Positions 12,061 through 23,331 of a DNA stretch of 64,000 nt are shown here, piece by piece. Under the pieces are notes generated by a model. It did no database searches. It was not told the origin of the DNA and saw only the letters and a list, made by a program, of their open reading frames with translations. The stretch is taken from positions 1 to 64,000 of the forward strand of contig JADIIX010000116.1 in NCBI GenBank assembly GCA_027604505.1, read 5' to 3'. Position numbers and translations under genes: made by a program. Origin of the DNA: Gonapodya sp. JEL0774 (lineage: Eukaryota). Numbering within the stretch: the stretch's first letter is position 1; each line of letters opens with the position of its first letter.

Positions 12061-15000
12061 ATGCGCCACTCCCTCTCCCTCTCCCTCTCCTCTCTTCCCC
12101 CGACTCTTTCCCTCCTGCTGCTCTGCTTTCTCCATCAATCCGCACGCGCTCAATACCCGCAAAACGTCACTGTATCGGGATTCATTCGAGGCAGGTCTTC
12201 TTCTTCTTATTCCGATTCCCTGTTCTTGCCCACTCCTGCCCACACCCCACGCTCTCTTCTCTTTATTCTCCCTCTCTTCTTCTCTCCTCCAAAACCCAAT
12301 TCAGACATGCCTCGACTCCATCCCGATTTCGAGCTGGCACATGCCGCTGGCATTCAACAGGGCTGGTTGTCTCAGTACCTGCTCTCTTCTGGAAAGGCAC
12401 TCGCTACTCCGTATCAGCTCCGCGGAAACGCTTCCTTCGCCGCACCAAATGGAAACACTGGTCCCTACACCGTGTGGCCCGCAACCTCTCTCACCACAAA
12501 CATCACCAACTATTTCCACGGCTCTTTCTACTTTGAAGAGGTGCGTACTCTGTAAGAGAACTGTTTGCTCTTGTTGTGTTCGTGAAGATGACTCCACGTC
12601 TTCGTGACCCACTGTGATCGCGGCTGCCGCCAACCTCTTTGACGGCCTACGATCCTCCAAAAGTGGTGAGTCCTCACCACAGTTCCACCTCGCCGTGACA
12701 TGTTTCTCTGAAACCCACCGCGTCTGCCCTCCCACTCCCCCCACCTCCCCCATCCAAGGTTCCAAGACACACCCTACATCAACATCCTGTACCCCGTCAC
12801 CCTCACCTTGACCCTCGCCAACGCCACCACCGGCACCTACGTCTACGACAGTAGCGTCGCCGACTCCACGGGACGGAAGGGGTTCTTCCCTGTCGACGTC
12901 AAGGGGTACGGCTTGCGAGAGGTAAGAAAATTGTGCCCGTGCGTGTCCGGGTGGGAAGCGGGACGAGACAGTCAAGAGTGATGGTAACAAGAGCGGGCGG
13001 TTGCGCGTACCCCTTTTTAGACCGACACCAGCGTCGACCCCAACACACCAGGAAGCTCGTACCCTAACCGAAACTTTGCCTTCACGTCCGAGTTCCGATA
13101 CAAGTTCTTCTACAGAGGTGCAATATTCAGATGAAGCATTTCAGGACCTCCACCAACCAACCACTCAATCCTCCCGCGCTGGGGGCCGCCGGGCCGCGCC
13201 CCCGGGCGGAGCGGGGCGGCGCGNNNNNNNNNNTCCTCCCTCCCTCCCACCCTCCCCCCGACCCCGAACGCCCCCCCCCCCCCACCCCGTATCCTTCCAT
13301 CCCCAAAGGCGGCGAAGTTTTCTCCTTCTCGGGCGACGACGACCTCTGGGTGTTTGTCAACAACCGGCTCACCGCGTGCGACCTCGGCGGTCTCCACGCC
13401 GCCGCGACCTGCAGCTTCGCACTCGACAACATTAAAACCACCCACAATCTCACCCTGAATAGAGCTTGTAGGTGGTTTTTGTTTTTGTCCCCCCCTCAGT
13501 CATCACGGACATGGCTTGGTTGCTGTTGTTGCACACCACACGGGTTCTTGCTATACTAATGGGCCGGTTTCACACTCCCGTGGCCCATCTCAAAACTACC
13601 CCCGCCGCTGTTCCCCTCCCGCTCCCGCAGACGACATCTACGTCATCGGCGCCGAGCGGCACACCACGGCGTCCAACTTCAAGATCACCACATCCATCCT
13701 CCCCAGCAACACGGCACCCATCGCCTACAGCCAGACCGGTGACAAGGCCGTGTCCCTTTTGGAAAACAGCGACCCGGTCACCGTCACCTTGGCCATTTCC
13801 GACCCCGATCCGTGGCAACAGACCTTCACAGTCGTGGTGCTCACCGGGCCGCTGGGGGGCACGATCAACGTGCCGGTCGGAAGCAATATCACGATCGGGG
13901 CGAGTGGGGGCGCCGGGTCGCAGAGTTCCATGTATTACTACGGGATCACGGTGGGTTTTCGGGGCGGGGGGTGGGTCACACTCAATAGAGGAGCAGCGTG
14001 AAAAAAGAGTTGGAACGGGCAGCGGCACGAGACACACATTTTCACAATTACTTTCTTTCTTGTTTTGTTGTGTGTGTGGATGTGTGTGTGTGTGTGTGCA
14101 GTATCAACCAAACAAATACTTTTACGGAGTCGACAACATCACCTTCCAAGCCTCGGACGGCACCGACACCTCAAACATCGCGACGGTCCAGTTCGCCGTC
14201 CAGTTCGTGGACCGTGAGTGGTTTGTACTCTTGTTCGTGAAGTAAGTTTCTGATCCGTTCCACATGTCGCACCCCACCTCCCTCCTGTCCAGAACCCCCC
14301 GCCCCGCTCACCAACATGTCCATCAACGCGACCATCCCCACCCCCGTTTCCATCACGCTCAACGCGACCGACATCGACACACCGGCCTCACAACTCCGGT
14401 ACTATGCGGGGCCCGACAGTCAGCTCGGAACCTACACCGTCGACTCCCAGTCGGGGAACTTGACGCTGTACCCGGAGCTCGCCGGGTCGGGAACCATACC
14501 CTGGATCGTGAGCGATGGGACGTACAACGTGACGGGATATGTGAACGTGACGGTGTGGCCGGCTCCGAATGGTTGAGTATTGGAACGGCACCCCGAGAGT
14601 GATTGATGCGGCCGTGCAAAGTGCCCAAAGATTCACCCCGCGACTCGGTTTTTTCTCACACCTTGTCTGCACCCACCCACGCAAAGTCCCCCCCACGGTC
14701 TTCAACTCCTCATTCAACTGCACCGTCGGCGACACTGTCGTGAGGAAGCTGAATGCCACCGACCCCGACACCCCAGATGCCTCGATCGTGTTCTTTGCGC
14801 TCAAGTCCACCTCGATCGGAAACATCGAACTCGACCCAAACGGAACGCTATCGTTCTACTGTGGGATGGAGGGCAATGATACGCTTTTGTACAGGGCGAA
14901 GGATGTTGTCAGTGTTTCGGACGTCGCGTACATCTTTGTCAGGGTGTTTCCGGCACCAGGTGAGTTTTATTGTACGGAACGATGACACAAACCCGAACCT

Positions 15001-15352
15001 CTGGTTAGCTGCAGTTGATTTGACTACTTTTGCTTAAAACACGTTCATTTTTAGCCGGCGGTGGCCTCCCTCTACCGGTTGTCATTGGAATCGGTGCAGG
15101 GGCTGGTGTAGCACTGATTGTCGGCACGGTACTGGGGGCATACTTTCTTTACACGACCGTGGCTGCAAAGAAATTCGAGGACCTGTGGAGGAAAGAGTTT
15201 GCAAGTGCTCAGATCAAAGAAAATCCTCTGTGAGTGCCACTGCATCGATTCGCCTGTGACCAGACCCGCTCGCTCATTCTCTTGGCTTGTACGGCAGGTA
15301 TGCGGCCACCGGGGGAGGAGAGCGTTCAAATCCACTATACAATGGAAGATGA
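12061..15352 (+). CDS. Type I membrane protein: signal peptide, PA14/fibro-slime domain, three cadherin/Big_9-like repeats, GxxxG TM and a double-NPxY cytoplasmic tail
   Basis: Signal MRHSLSL...LLLLCFLHQSARA. Fibro-slime motifs GFIRD..HPDFE, GTYVYDS..GFFPVD, RNFAFTSE, GGEVFSFSGDDDLWVFVNN..DLGGLH and AERHTTASNFKITT. Repeats carry N.AP/DPD/SDG-type motifs. TM is LPVVIGIGAGAGVALIVGTVLGAYFLY. Spliced tail (intron 15230-15297) is KKFEDLWRKEFASAQIKENPLYAATGGGERSNPLYNGR*. Confidence 0.85.
14070..14098. repeat. Interrupted (TG)n microsatellite at an intron 3' end
   Basis: gtgtgtgtggatgtgtgtgtgtgtgtgtg seen directly. Confidence 0.8.
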
Positions 15353-15468
15353 TCAAGAACAAGATTTTCGTGTATTTGTATGACCGAATTTAATTAAATT
15401 TACTCGATAATTCATATTTTGGAGAACATGCCGGCCTTTCCTCCTTTGTGGGAATGGCACAAAGAAGT

Positions 15469-18400
15469 TCACATTTTCACTTCCAACCGACATCTGAAAC
15501 GAGAAGCGTAAAAGCAATCAGAAATGTTTTCGTCAACGGCATCGACCTCCCAATCGTATCACTCACATGGGACACACGCCGTTTCCCCTCAACCAATTTT
15601 TGACACAATCTCCATGATAGCTGTGCAAGCACGGTAACACTGCCAACTCCTCCCCGTCGACGAAATCCTCCAAACATACTGTACAACGACTTTCGTCACT
15701 CCCATCACTCCCCTGCCCAGTTGGAGCGACCGCACGGTACTTCTTGGTCGGCAAACCTGCGACGGACCGCTCATCAAGGCCCCGCTGCTTTACTTCACCC
15801 ACTCGCTCACCAAGGGCAAGCAATGTTTCATAGTCCGCGCCCTCTATCGCATCGTCGGGCAAGTAGTTCGCGATGTTAAATGCCACTCCCATTCCACCGC
15901 CGTTGCCGAATTGCCGGCCCGGCATACCTGGGAACGGTAACTGAGGTCCTAAAATGTCCGCAACGTCAAAGATACCCATCTCATGCAAAGCGTGAACCAT
16001 ATCCGGATCTATCACAATGTTGTGATGTCTGCTCTGCCGCAGTGGACGGAAGTCACCTAAAGGCTCCTCCAGCCCAATATCCTCATCCGCAAAATGGACC
16101 AGATGGTCCACAGGGGGGTTCATTCTTCCATTCACCAAAAAGCCGTTCCCACCGCCTCTGCGGCTGCCCCTGCTACCCCTTCTAGGTCTCAATGACCTGC
16201 CAACACCCCCAAATATCTCCTCCACTCCCTCAACTCTCACGCCCATCCCCTCGTACTCCTCCATCTGCAACCGCATCGCCAATTCCTCATCCGTCAAACC
16301 CACTTCCGCATTCCGCTCCGACCCAACGGCTTCTCGTGTAATTATCACCCTGTCCCGGCCCCTCTGCGATTCCACACTTGCTCCCCGTATCATCCGTGCC
16401 GCCGTCGGCTGCATGGAAGGTGAGACGAACCCCCGCACCCGGCCTGCAGGAGACACCCTCCGTCGAGAAGCAGGTGGCACTGGAGGTGCCACAACAGTTG
16501 CTCTGGAGGACGTCCCAAGTCTAGGCCGGGTTGAATGGCCCCGCACAGACACATCCGCTACGACATCTCTCGATATGTCCCCAAACGTCCTTGAAAATTC
16601 CGATCTTCCACTGGTAGTCCCTCTTGATCCACCAGCGCGAAGTTGAGTCTCTGCTACGGCACTCCCCCCCCTTCTGGCAGTCCCTAACGTAGTCCGCACC
16701 ACTCTCCTGTTCACTGTCCCCCGTGGCAATCCTTCGTCAGTATCAGAATCCGAGTCAACCTCGATCACTTCTCGCTCTTCTTCCAACTCCCGTCTGGCCT
16801 GTCTGTCTCTTTGTGCTCTTCCCGCCCCCGACACCGCTCCATCTGCTCCAGTCGGCGCCCTCCTCGGTCTCGAAAAAGCGTTTCCTGACCTCACTGCAGC
16901 TGGACGAGTCACCGTGGACCTTGTGTCCACCTCCCTCGCGTAGTAAGCAGCCACACCTTCTATCCGGTCCGCCCTCCTCGTAGTTCGCTCTCCACCATTC
17001 ACAGACGCCGCAGACGCAGTCGCGTCCGAGCCAATTATCGATGACGTCCTCTGAGGTAGTATTGGCGGCCTGGAAAGTGTGACCACGTGTCTGCGCTGCG
17101 GTGGAGGCGGGGGTGGGGAGTGGGGCCGTGGTGGCGAAAGCGGACTGTCGATGTCTGGTCGAAGGTATGAGAAACCGGGATAAAACGTTTCCATGGGCTC
17201 ATCAAACCTGTCGTATGGGGGAAGATCATCGAATGGCGGTGCTGCCGCAGCTTCAGCCAACACAACGTCGGCTTCAGCGGCCTCGTCTCGTTGCAGGCGA
17301 GAGCTTTCACGCCAAGAGGGTGAGCGTGGGATGGCGGAAGCAGCCCACGGTTCGTCGCTGTTATCGGGGGGATTTGAAGGGGAGGAACGAGGCCAATCGT
17401 TGGTTCCAAGCTCCAGCAACGCATTGCCAAATCCGCTCATGCGCTCGGAAGAGCCATTTACAGGAGACCAAGGCACTCGTCGGTCCTCCTGTGCGCCGAA
17501 AACCTCGCCATTAGTTCTCATCCCATGTGTGCTTCTCCAGCCCCCGAGAAGTTGCTCCAGCGAGAACCCATTAGACGATTCGACCCTGAGATCTATCACG
17601 GGAGGAGACGAGGAGAGTGAGGCACGCTGTGTAGTCGCAGCGGTAGACAGCCCGTCCTCGGATGAGGAGCCATCAATAGATTCTGCTCTGGCTGGATCAC
17701 CCAAAGCGCCTTGCAACTGGTTGGCGCGACTCCAAGATTTGTCGCAAGAGGTACCATTCAAGGTGACGACTAACCATGCAGATATCATAGGATAAGAGAA
17801 TAACTGAGACGCCGTATGAATGCAGGCACTCATGAACCCACCAGTATTCCCTTCGTGGGGTATTTCCCGCTCACGTGGCTGTGCCAGTCCACGTAGCCAG
17901 TTCCGTCTGCCAGAGCCACTTTGCGGCCCTTGTCCATCATCGGTTTCAGATCCGCTCGCATCATCACTGACTATTGGGTCCTTCTGTTTAAGTGCGATGC
18001 TGCCACGTTCTTTCACCTCGTGTGTGGTACGGGAGGACCTGTTGTTACGGACTATACTGGTGTCCAACGTCGGGAGCGGATCACGATTCGGGCTACTTTC
18101 CACAACCACATGCGCTTTCGATTGAGTCACGCTCGCGACGATTGCGAACGGTTCGTGCGCTAGTGGGCTTCCGGTATCGGAATCGTCATTGATGACGGGA
18201 GTGTGGTCACGGGGAACACGAGGGCGGTTGCCGGCTGAGGAAGTGGAGTGTTTTCCAGACACAAAATCGGAAGTAAAAGAATTGCGGGTTTTAGCAGATG
18301 AGGAGATGGTGGGGCGAGTATGAGTTAGCGCAATGGACGGCGGCACAGATGATGAGGAGGAGTGTGTGGGGAATTTAACTGCGACATGGGTGGTAGCACG

Positions 18401-18853
18401 AGATGCGGGTGCACCGGCGGTGGAGGAAAATGAAGTTGGGGACGTATTGGACGAAGGAGTCTTCGCATTCACATTCAGAGCTGACAAGTCCGTAGAATCA
18501 CCCGTCCGTTTCCTTTTTCTTTGGACGTCTCGCAAGTTTGTAGAATGTGGATCGGAGGAGAATCCACCATATTTTGACAGGGAAGATCCTCCTCTGAGCG
18601 CAGAGGATTTGTTTTGGAGTCCATCGACATCGAAGGAGTGCGCTTTGCTCATTCTTCCTGTTCGATGGCCATCACCGGAACTCTTACCCTTGGAAGGCAA
18701 GGTTCCCCCAAACGCCAGATCCTCCTTATCTGTCCAGCCGGTTGCTCCATGATCGCTCATGTTGCCGGTTGGCTGAGAGTGGCCATTTTCGTCCGTACCG
18801 GGGCCGTTTCCCAAACGACCGTTGCGCCGCATTTCCACTGCAACCGCGCTCAT
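15469..18853 (-). CDS. C-terminal RING-H2 E3 ubiquitin ligase (RNF38/RNF44/Arkadia-like C-terminus) with a long disordered N-terminus
   Basis: YETLLALGERVGEVKQRGL precedes CTVCLEDF..LPCLHSYHGDCVKNWL....CP. The last small exon gives ICRLEVKM*. UIM-like DEELAMRLQMEEY is present. Confidence 0.85.
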
Positions 18854-19489
18854 AGCGGGAAGATGAGAGAACTTCCTCGCAATTCCCTTTATCCGCGATC
18901 TGCTTGTGGAAGTGATTCCCCGCTGTCAGGAGACCACCGCCCAAGTCAAACCACCGCCTGGTGGACTGTAGCAGAGGCGGATTTCCTTCACAGAATTGAC
19001 TTGTTGAAGTCGAATGAGTATTCTTGCACGTGTGCTTTCGGTGGACTGAAACGATCGAGACAGTCGAGTTGCGCAACCGATTGTCGGTCGTCCAATTGAA
19101 CTCCCTCGCTCGAGTGGCACTAAATAATTTGTATGAAGATCACCCCAAAGCAGTTCACTATTAGATCAAACTCTGTATCAAACACCCAGACAAGCCTAAC
19201 GTCCTTATTTTGTGGTGCTTCGCTAGTTTTGGCGGTGATCTGACTCCGTGGGATGCTGTAAATGGGAGAGCTTGAGGGCCCGAGTTTTGATCCTGGCTCG
19301 CCCCTCTTGGGAATTGCAGTGCAAATAACTTCCTTGGAGAAGAATGTATTGAGACAGATAATGAATTCTACAGAGTTCCCATGGGCTGCCAGTGTGACTC
19401 CAGCTTATGTTAACCCAATTCAACTCAACCGAACTGTGTCGTGTCGAAAAACGCATAGGGCCACATTAGCTGAGGAACATGTTATTCCT

Positions 19490-21876
19490 TCATTGATCGC
19501 GAATCACACTCACGTTGTGGCTGACCAGCTCAGTCACCAAGGCCCCATTCACCAGCTTCGTCCGGAGCTGCTCAGCAACGGGCTTCTCCACCCAATCATC
19601 CCCCACTTGGAAGCTGACGTTCATCTCGGAACTCTTCGAGGACAGGATTTCAACGTCACGAGAGTCATTGCTCAAGTAGATCTGGAAGCCGTCGGTTTTG
19701 TCAACGGAGATGGTGGGAAGCTTGCCAGTCACTTGCAGCTGAATAGACTTGCAGTTCACGGATTCAACTGTGGCAACGACAGATTCGACCACGACACCGC
19801 ACTTCTTGCAGTTATCTTTGGGAGTGACAAGGGCGAGCCGCACGGAAAATTCGATCAGCACCACACGGGAATCATGCACTCTATATGCAAGGAACTCACC
19901 AATGGTTACCCCATTACACTTTCCCTTGATCTGAACAGTGCATCCTGCGAGGTTATAAAGGACCACGCCCTGACGCATGTCAGTGATCTCCACGACCAGC
20001 TCGGTGTTGTTCGTGTAATTTTCCTGATGTTTGTGATTCTCTTGCCAAATTCGCCAAACAACAGTGACCATGATTGCAGCTCACCACAAACCACTTGGAT
20101 CCATCCAGCTCCATGCGCGGGGGTTTAGCAATTGTACTGGGCTTGCCGGCCGCCGACGTTGGCGCACTCTCAGATTCTAAAGTCAAGAGAACCAGGATCA
20201 GGGTCCACTCCCACATGTGCACTCCATAACTTCCTCCATCCCCATCACCGCAGCTCAAAGTGACATAAGAGACTCACTCTTGTCCCCAGGTACCACGCTG
20301 GCCCCCCTCAATGCTGGGTTCTTGTGTGTCATCTGAGATTTGTCCACGTGCTTCAATCCGGCGGTCACTGCTTCACCCTTAGATAACTCGGCGAACATCG
20401 ACATACGCGCCGCGCCATCATCGGGCTTGCCGGAGTCGGCGGAAGCTGGCGCGGGTGGTGGAGGAGGGGGAGGGCCCGGGGGAGGTGGAGGTGCCCCACC
20501 CGAAGGTTTGGTGGCGGTGGGTGCGGACGCGGCGAGTATAGACTTGGCGTCACCACCCTGAACAGTGAGAAGAACAGCATAGCAGAGTATAATGGAGAGC
20601 CCGGGATATTTGGAGTTAACCGGAACTGATGAGGCACTGGCAACTTTGACAAGATTGGATAACACAACCGACTTTCGGGTTCCACACCAATCCTGTAGTG
20701 TGATGTTTTTTGACGTACAGGTGCAGTTCCGAGAGGAGGTCAAGCAGAGACTTAGCCCAGTCAACGTGCGATTTGTCTCTGTTGTGTGATGAAGTGCGAC
20801 AAAATACAAGGAAGGGGTCAAGAAAGAGTGCAGAGCCCGCACAAAGAGAAAGAGAACCATAGATGTTAGAATGTCGTTTCCCACAAGCCGTCTCTCATAG
20901 ACTCTTTATGAAGAGTCAAACAACTCCACAGCCGAACCAAACAACACCCACTTGTCCTTAAACTCCTTAAGCACTCTGTTGGTATAGAACTGGGCCGCTT
21001 GCTTCATTTCCTCGACATATGGTGCTGGTTTGGGTTCCTTTTGTTGATGACGAAGAACAGGGATGGTGTGAGTGCGTGGAATAAACGCTCACAACCTTCG
21101 CTACAGCGTAGAGATTGACAGCAATAGCCTCCTGCATTAAATCATGAGAACCACTCTGAAGATATCTCACAAAAACGACAACACTGAGCCCTGTGATCCT
21201 CCTGGGTGAGGGATTTATCCCCCTACCAAAGGTGTGCCATCCAAGATTCTCAGAAACTCACGATCATGACCCACCCCAGTCCAGGAGCTCCCTCCGCAAC
21301 TGCACTCAAATGATTAAACAAGGGGCTCGGCCTGTTCTTGTCCTTTATCTCCACCACTTTCTGGAGGGCCGGCTGCAAGCCCGACGAGACAACCAGAGTC
21401 TGCAGAGTAGGGGCATCGGGTTTCTTCGCAAGGGAGGCGGTGGATATGATTTGGAGCTGGGAGGCGAAGGCGGTTTGGATGTGGAGGGACTGCAAAAGGA
21501 GACGAACGGTGGTTGAAACGAAAGAGTGTTTGCGGGTTCGCAGAGCGGTGGGTTTGTTCCATATATGGGTGTCGCGCCACTCAAACCTCTCATTTCGACT
21601 GTCCAAGATCCTCACCTGCTCTTTTACCAACCCTCCAACACTTTCACTGGCTGCTAAAAACGCCCTCAGCTGAGTCTTGATGATTTCATCGTAGGCCTGC
21701 GCCGCAGGACTCATAGTTTCGGCTTCTACCAAGGCCTTCTTATCTGCGGACGCAGTGCCAGCAGGGGAGCGGGCTGAGGGTGGAACTGGAGCTGGTCCTT
21801 TTGAGAGGGCTTCGAGGCGAGACGTGGCGGTCTCCAGTCGCTTAATTAGCTCTGCAAGAGTTGCACTAAAGGACAT
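19490..21876 (-). CDS. SRV2: Adenylyl cyclase-associated protein (Srv2/CAP); multi-exon, exact 3' end uncertain
   Basis: LIKRLETATSRLE N-terminal motif, FNHLSAVAEG..LGWV, AQFYTNRVLKEFKD, poly-Pro, WH2 GLKHVDKSQMTHKNPALR, and CARP beta-helix IKGKCN..DNCKK..PTISVDKTDG..SSKSSEMNV..EKPVAEQ. Confidence 0.95.
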
Positions 21877-22680
21877 GAGGTATGCAGGAACGGAAGGGGG
21901 TGAATTTGATGAGATACTGCAACAATTGGATGGGTTCACTGATTCGCGGCGCACTCCTTTCCAATCCGTTCAAATTGTATTTACGCGTCGACGGTCAGAA
22001 ATCAGGTGCTCCAAAAGCAAAGCAGACATGAAACCCCGTCATCGTTGGCCGCGTTCATTCATGCCCTCACTGTCGTCGCATCCCAGTTGAAACAATGCAA
22101 CTCAGTTTTATGAGTTTACATATGTCAAATGCCACGCCCTGAGAGAGAGACTGAAATCTCCATGTAAAATGCACGTGATTTTGGCAGGGATTCCATTTGA
22201 GTGTGAATGAGAACTCGACGGCATTTCGGACATGTGAACGCCTGTCACAATCCCGCCGACACTGAGGCGACTACCCCCCATCGTAGCCGATACTACTACG
22301 GAAATGCTTCCCGATTTCGCAAGGGGATAGCAGTATGGGGCATTGATTGAACTCACCTTTATAAAACGGATTCAGGTTGAAAGATTGGTTGGGATTGTGT
22401 TGGAGAGCAGGAAGGGAGCCAGGGGAATGAGGAGACCCAAGCGCATGAAAAAACCGCGAGCTCAGATGAACATATTGGAATCAGAAGGAGGACTCGGGAG
22501 GCGGCAACGCACGCTTCAGCCATGGTGGTAAAATTGAGTGCTCGCTTGAAATGTTACTATAGTGTGATTACCACTGCACTCTGCAGACTGCTACACACCC
22601 CCCCTCCCCACCCCCACCCCCGAGTGCATTCTCCAACTGACTTCAGGGATGGCCCCAATCAAAGAAACTGATTCCATTCT

Positions 22681-23331
22681 CTAGTGCATTATAAAGCAGC
22701 CGCTAGTTTTCACGGCTTTCTCCTGCCGCGCATCTGTGTGAACGATTGCCCTAAAACCAAGCTGCAAAAGTATCTCACTGGAGCTCACACATTGCCTTGT
22801 ACCTGTGCACCCAGTATAGGAGAAAACCGGAGAAACGGTTTTGGGTGCCATGGAATGTCCACACGAACCCTTCACAACGAGATATTCCAACGGACTCAAC
22901 AAAATGGCATTTCGCCAGATTGCTGCGTGTATACGCTCTCGATCTTCTTCGTCTCTCTCTTCGTTTTCATGGACAAGCGGCGCTCCACTGAGTGCCTGGG
23001 CTTCTCCGCCCTCATCCTCATCCCCTTCCTTCCTCTCCACTGCAACCACCGCATCAGCCCAGAAATCCACTCTCCTCTCATTATCGATTGCTTCTTCCTG
23101 CCGTCCAGCTGATGGTGCTTCTTCCCTCCGGCCCTCCCTGGTCTCGACATTGACCTCCACTCTCTCCTCCTCACGGTCCTTTCGGCAAAGTTCCTCCCAA
23201 CCCTTTTTCTGGACTTCTGGGCTTCATCAGCAGAGATTCTTTTACCAGTTGCCCAGACAAAGGCGGCGCACGAACATACAAAAGACAATGTTAAAGGTTG
23301 GTTTGGGAGGGGAATCATTCATGTTTCGAGA
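22681..23331 (-). CDS. Possible small acidic hypothetical protein or degenerate gene
   Basis: Glu-rich open frame (KKGWEELCRKDREEE...RIHAAIWRNAILLSPLEYLVVKG) with plausible splice sites. No family recognised. Confidence 0.3.

Noticed and set aside
13170..13280. Extremely GC-rich sequence flanking the N gap at 13224-13233
   Set aside because: Probably low-quality contig-end sequence inside an intron. The flanking exons join correctly (FFYRG/GEVFSF), so no feature is called.
8772..15352. Calling the pair bona fide integrin alpha and beta (ITGA/ITGB)
   Set aside because: No GFFKR motif or thigh/calf domains in the first, and no vWA/MIDAS, PSI or Cys-rich EGF repeats in the second. Only integrin-like modules are supported.
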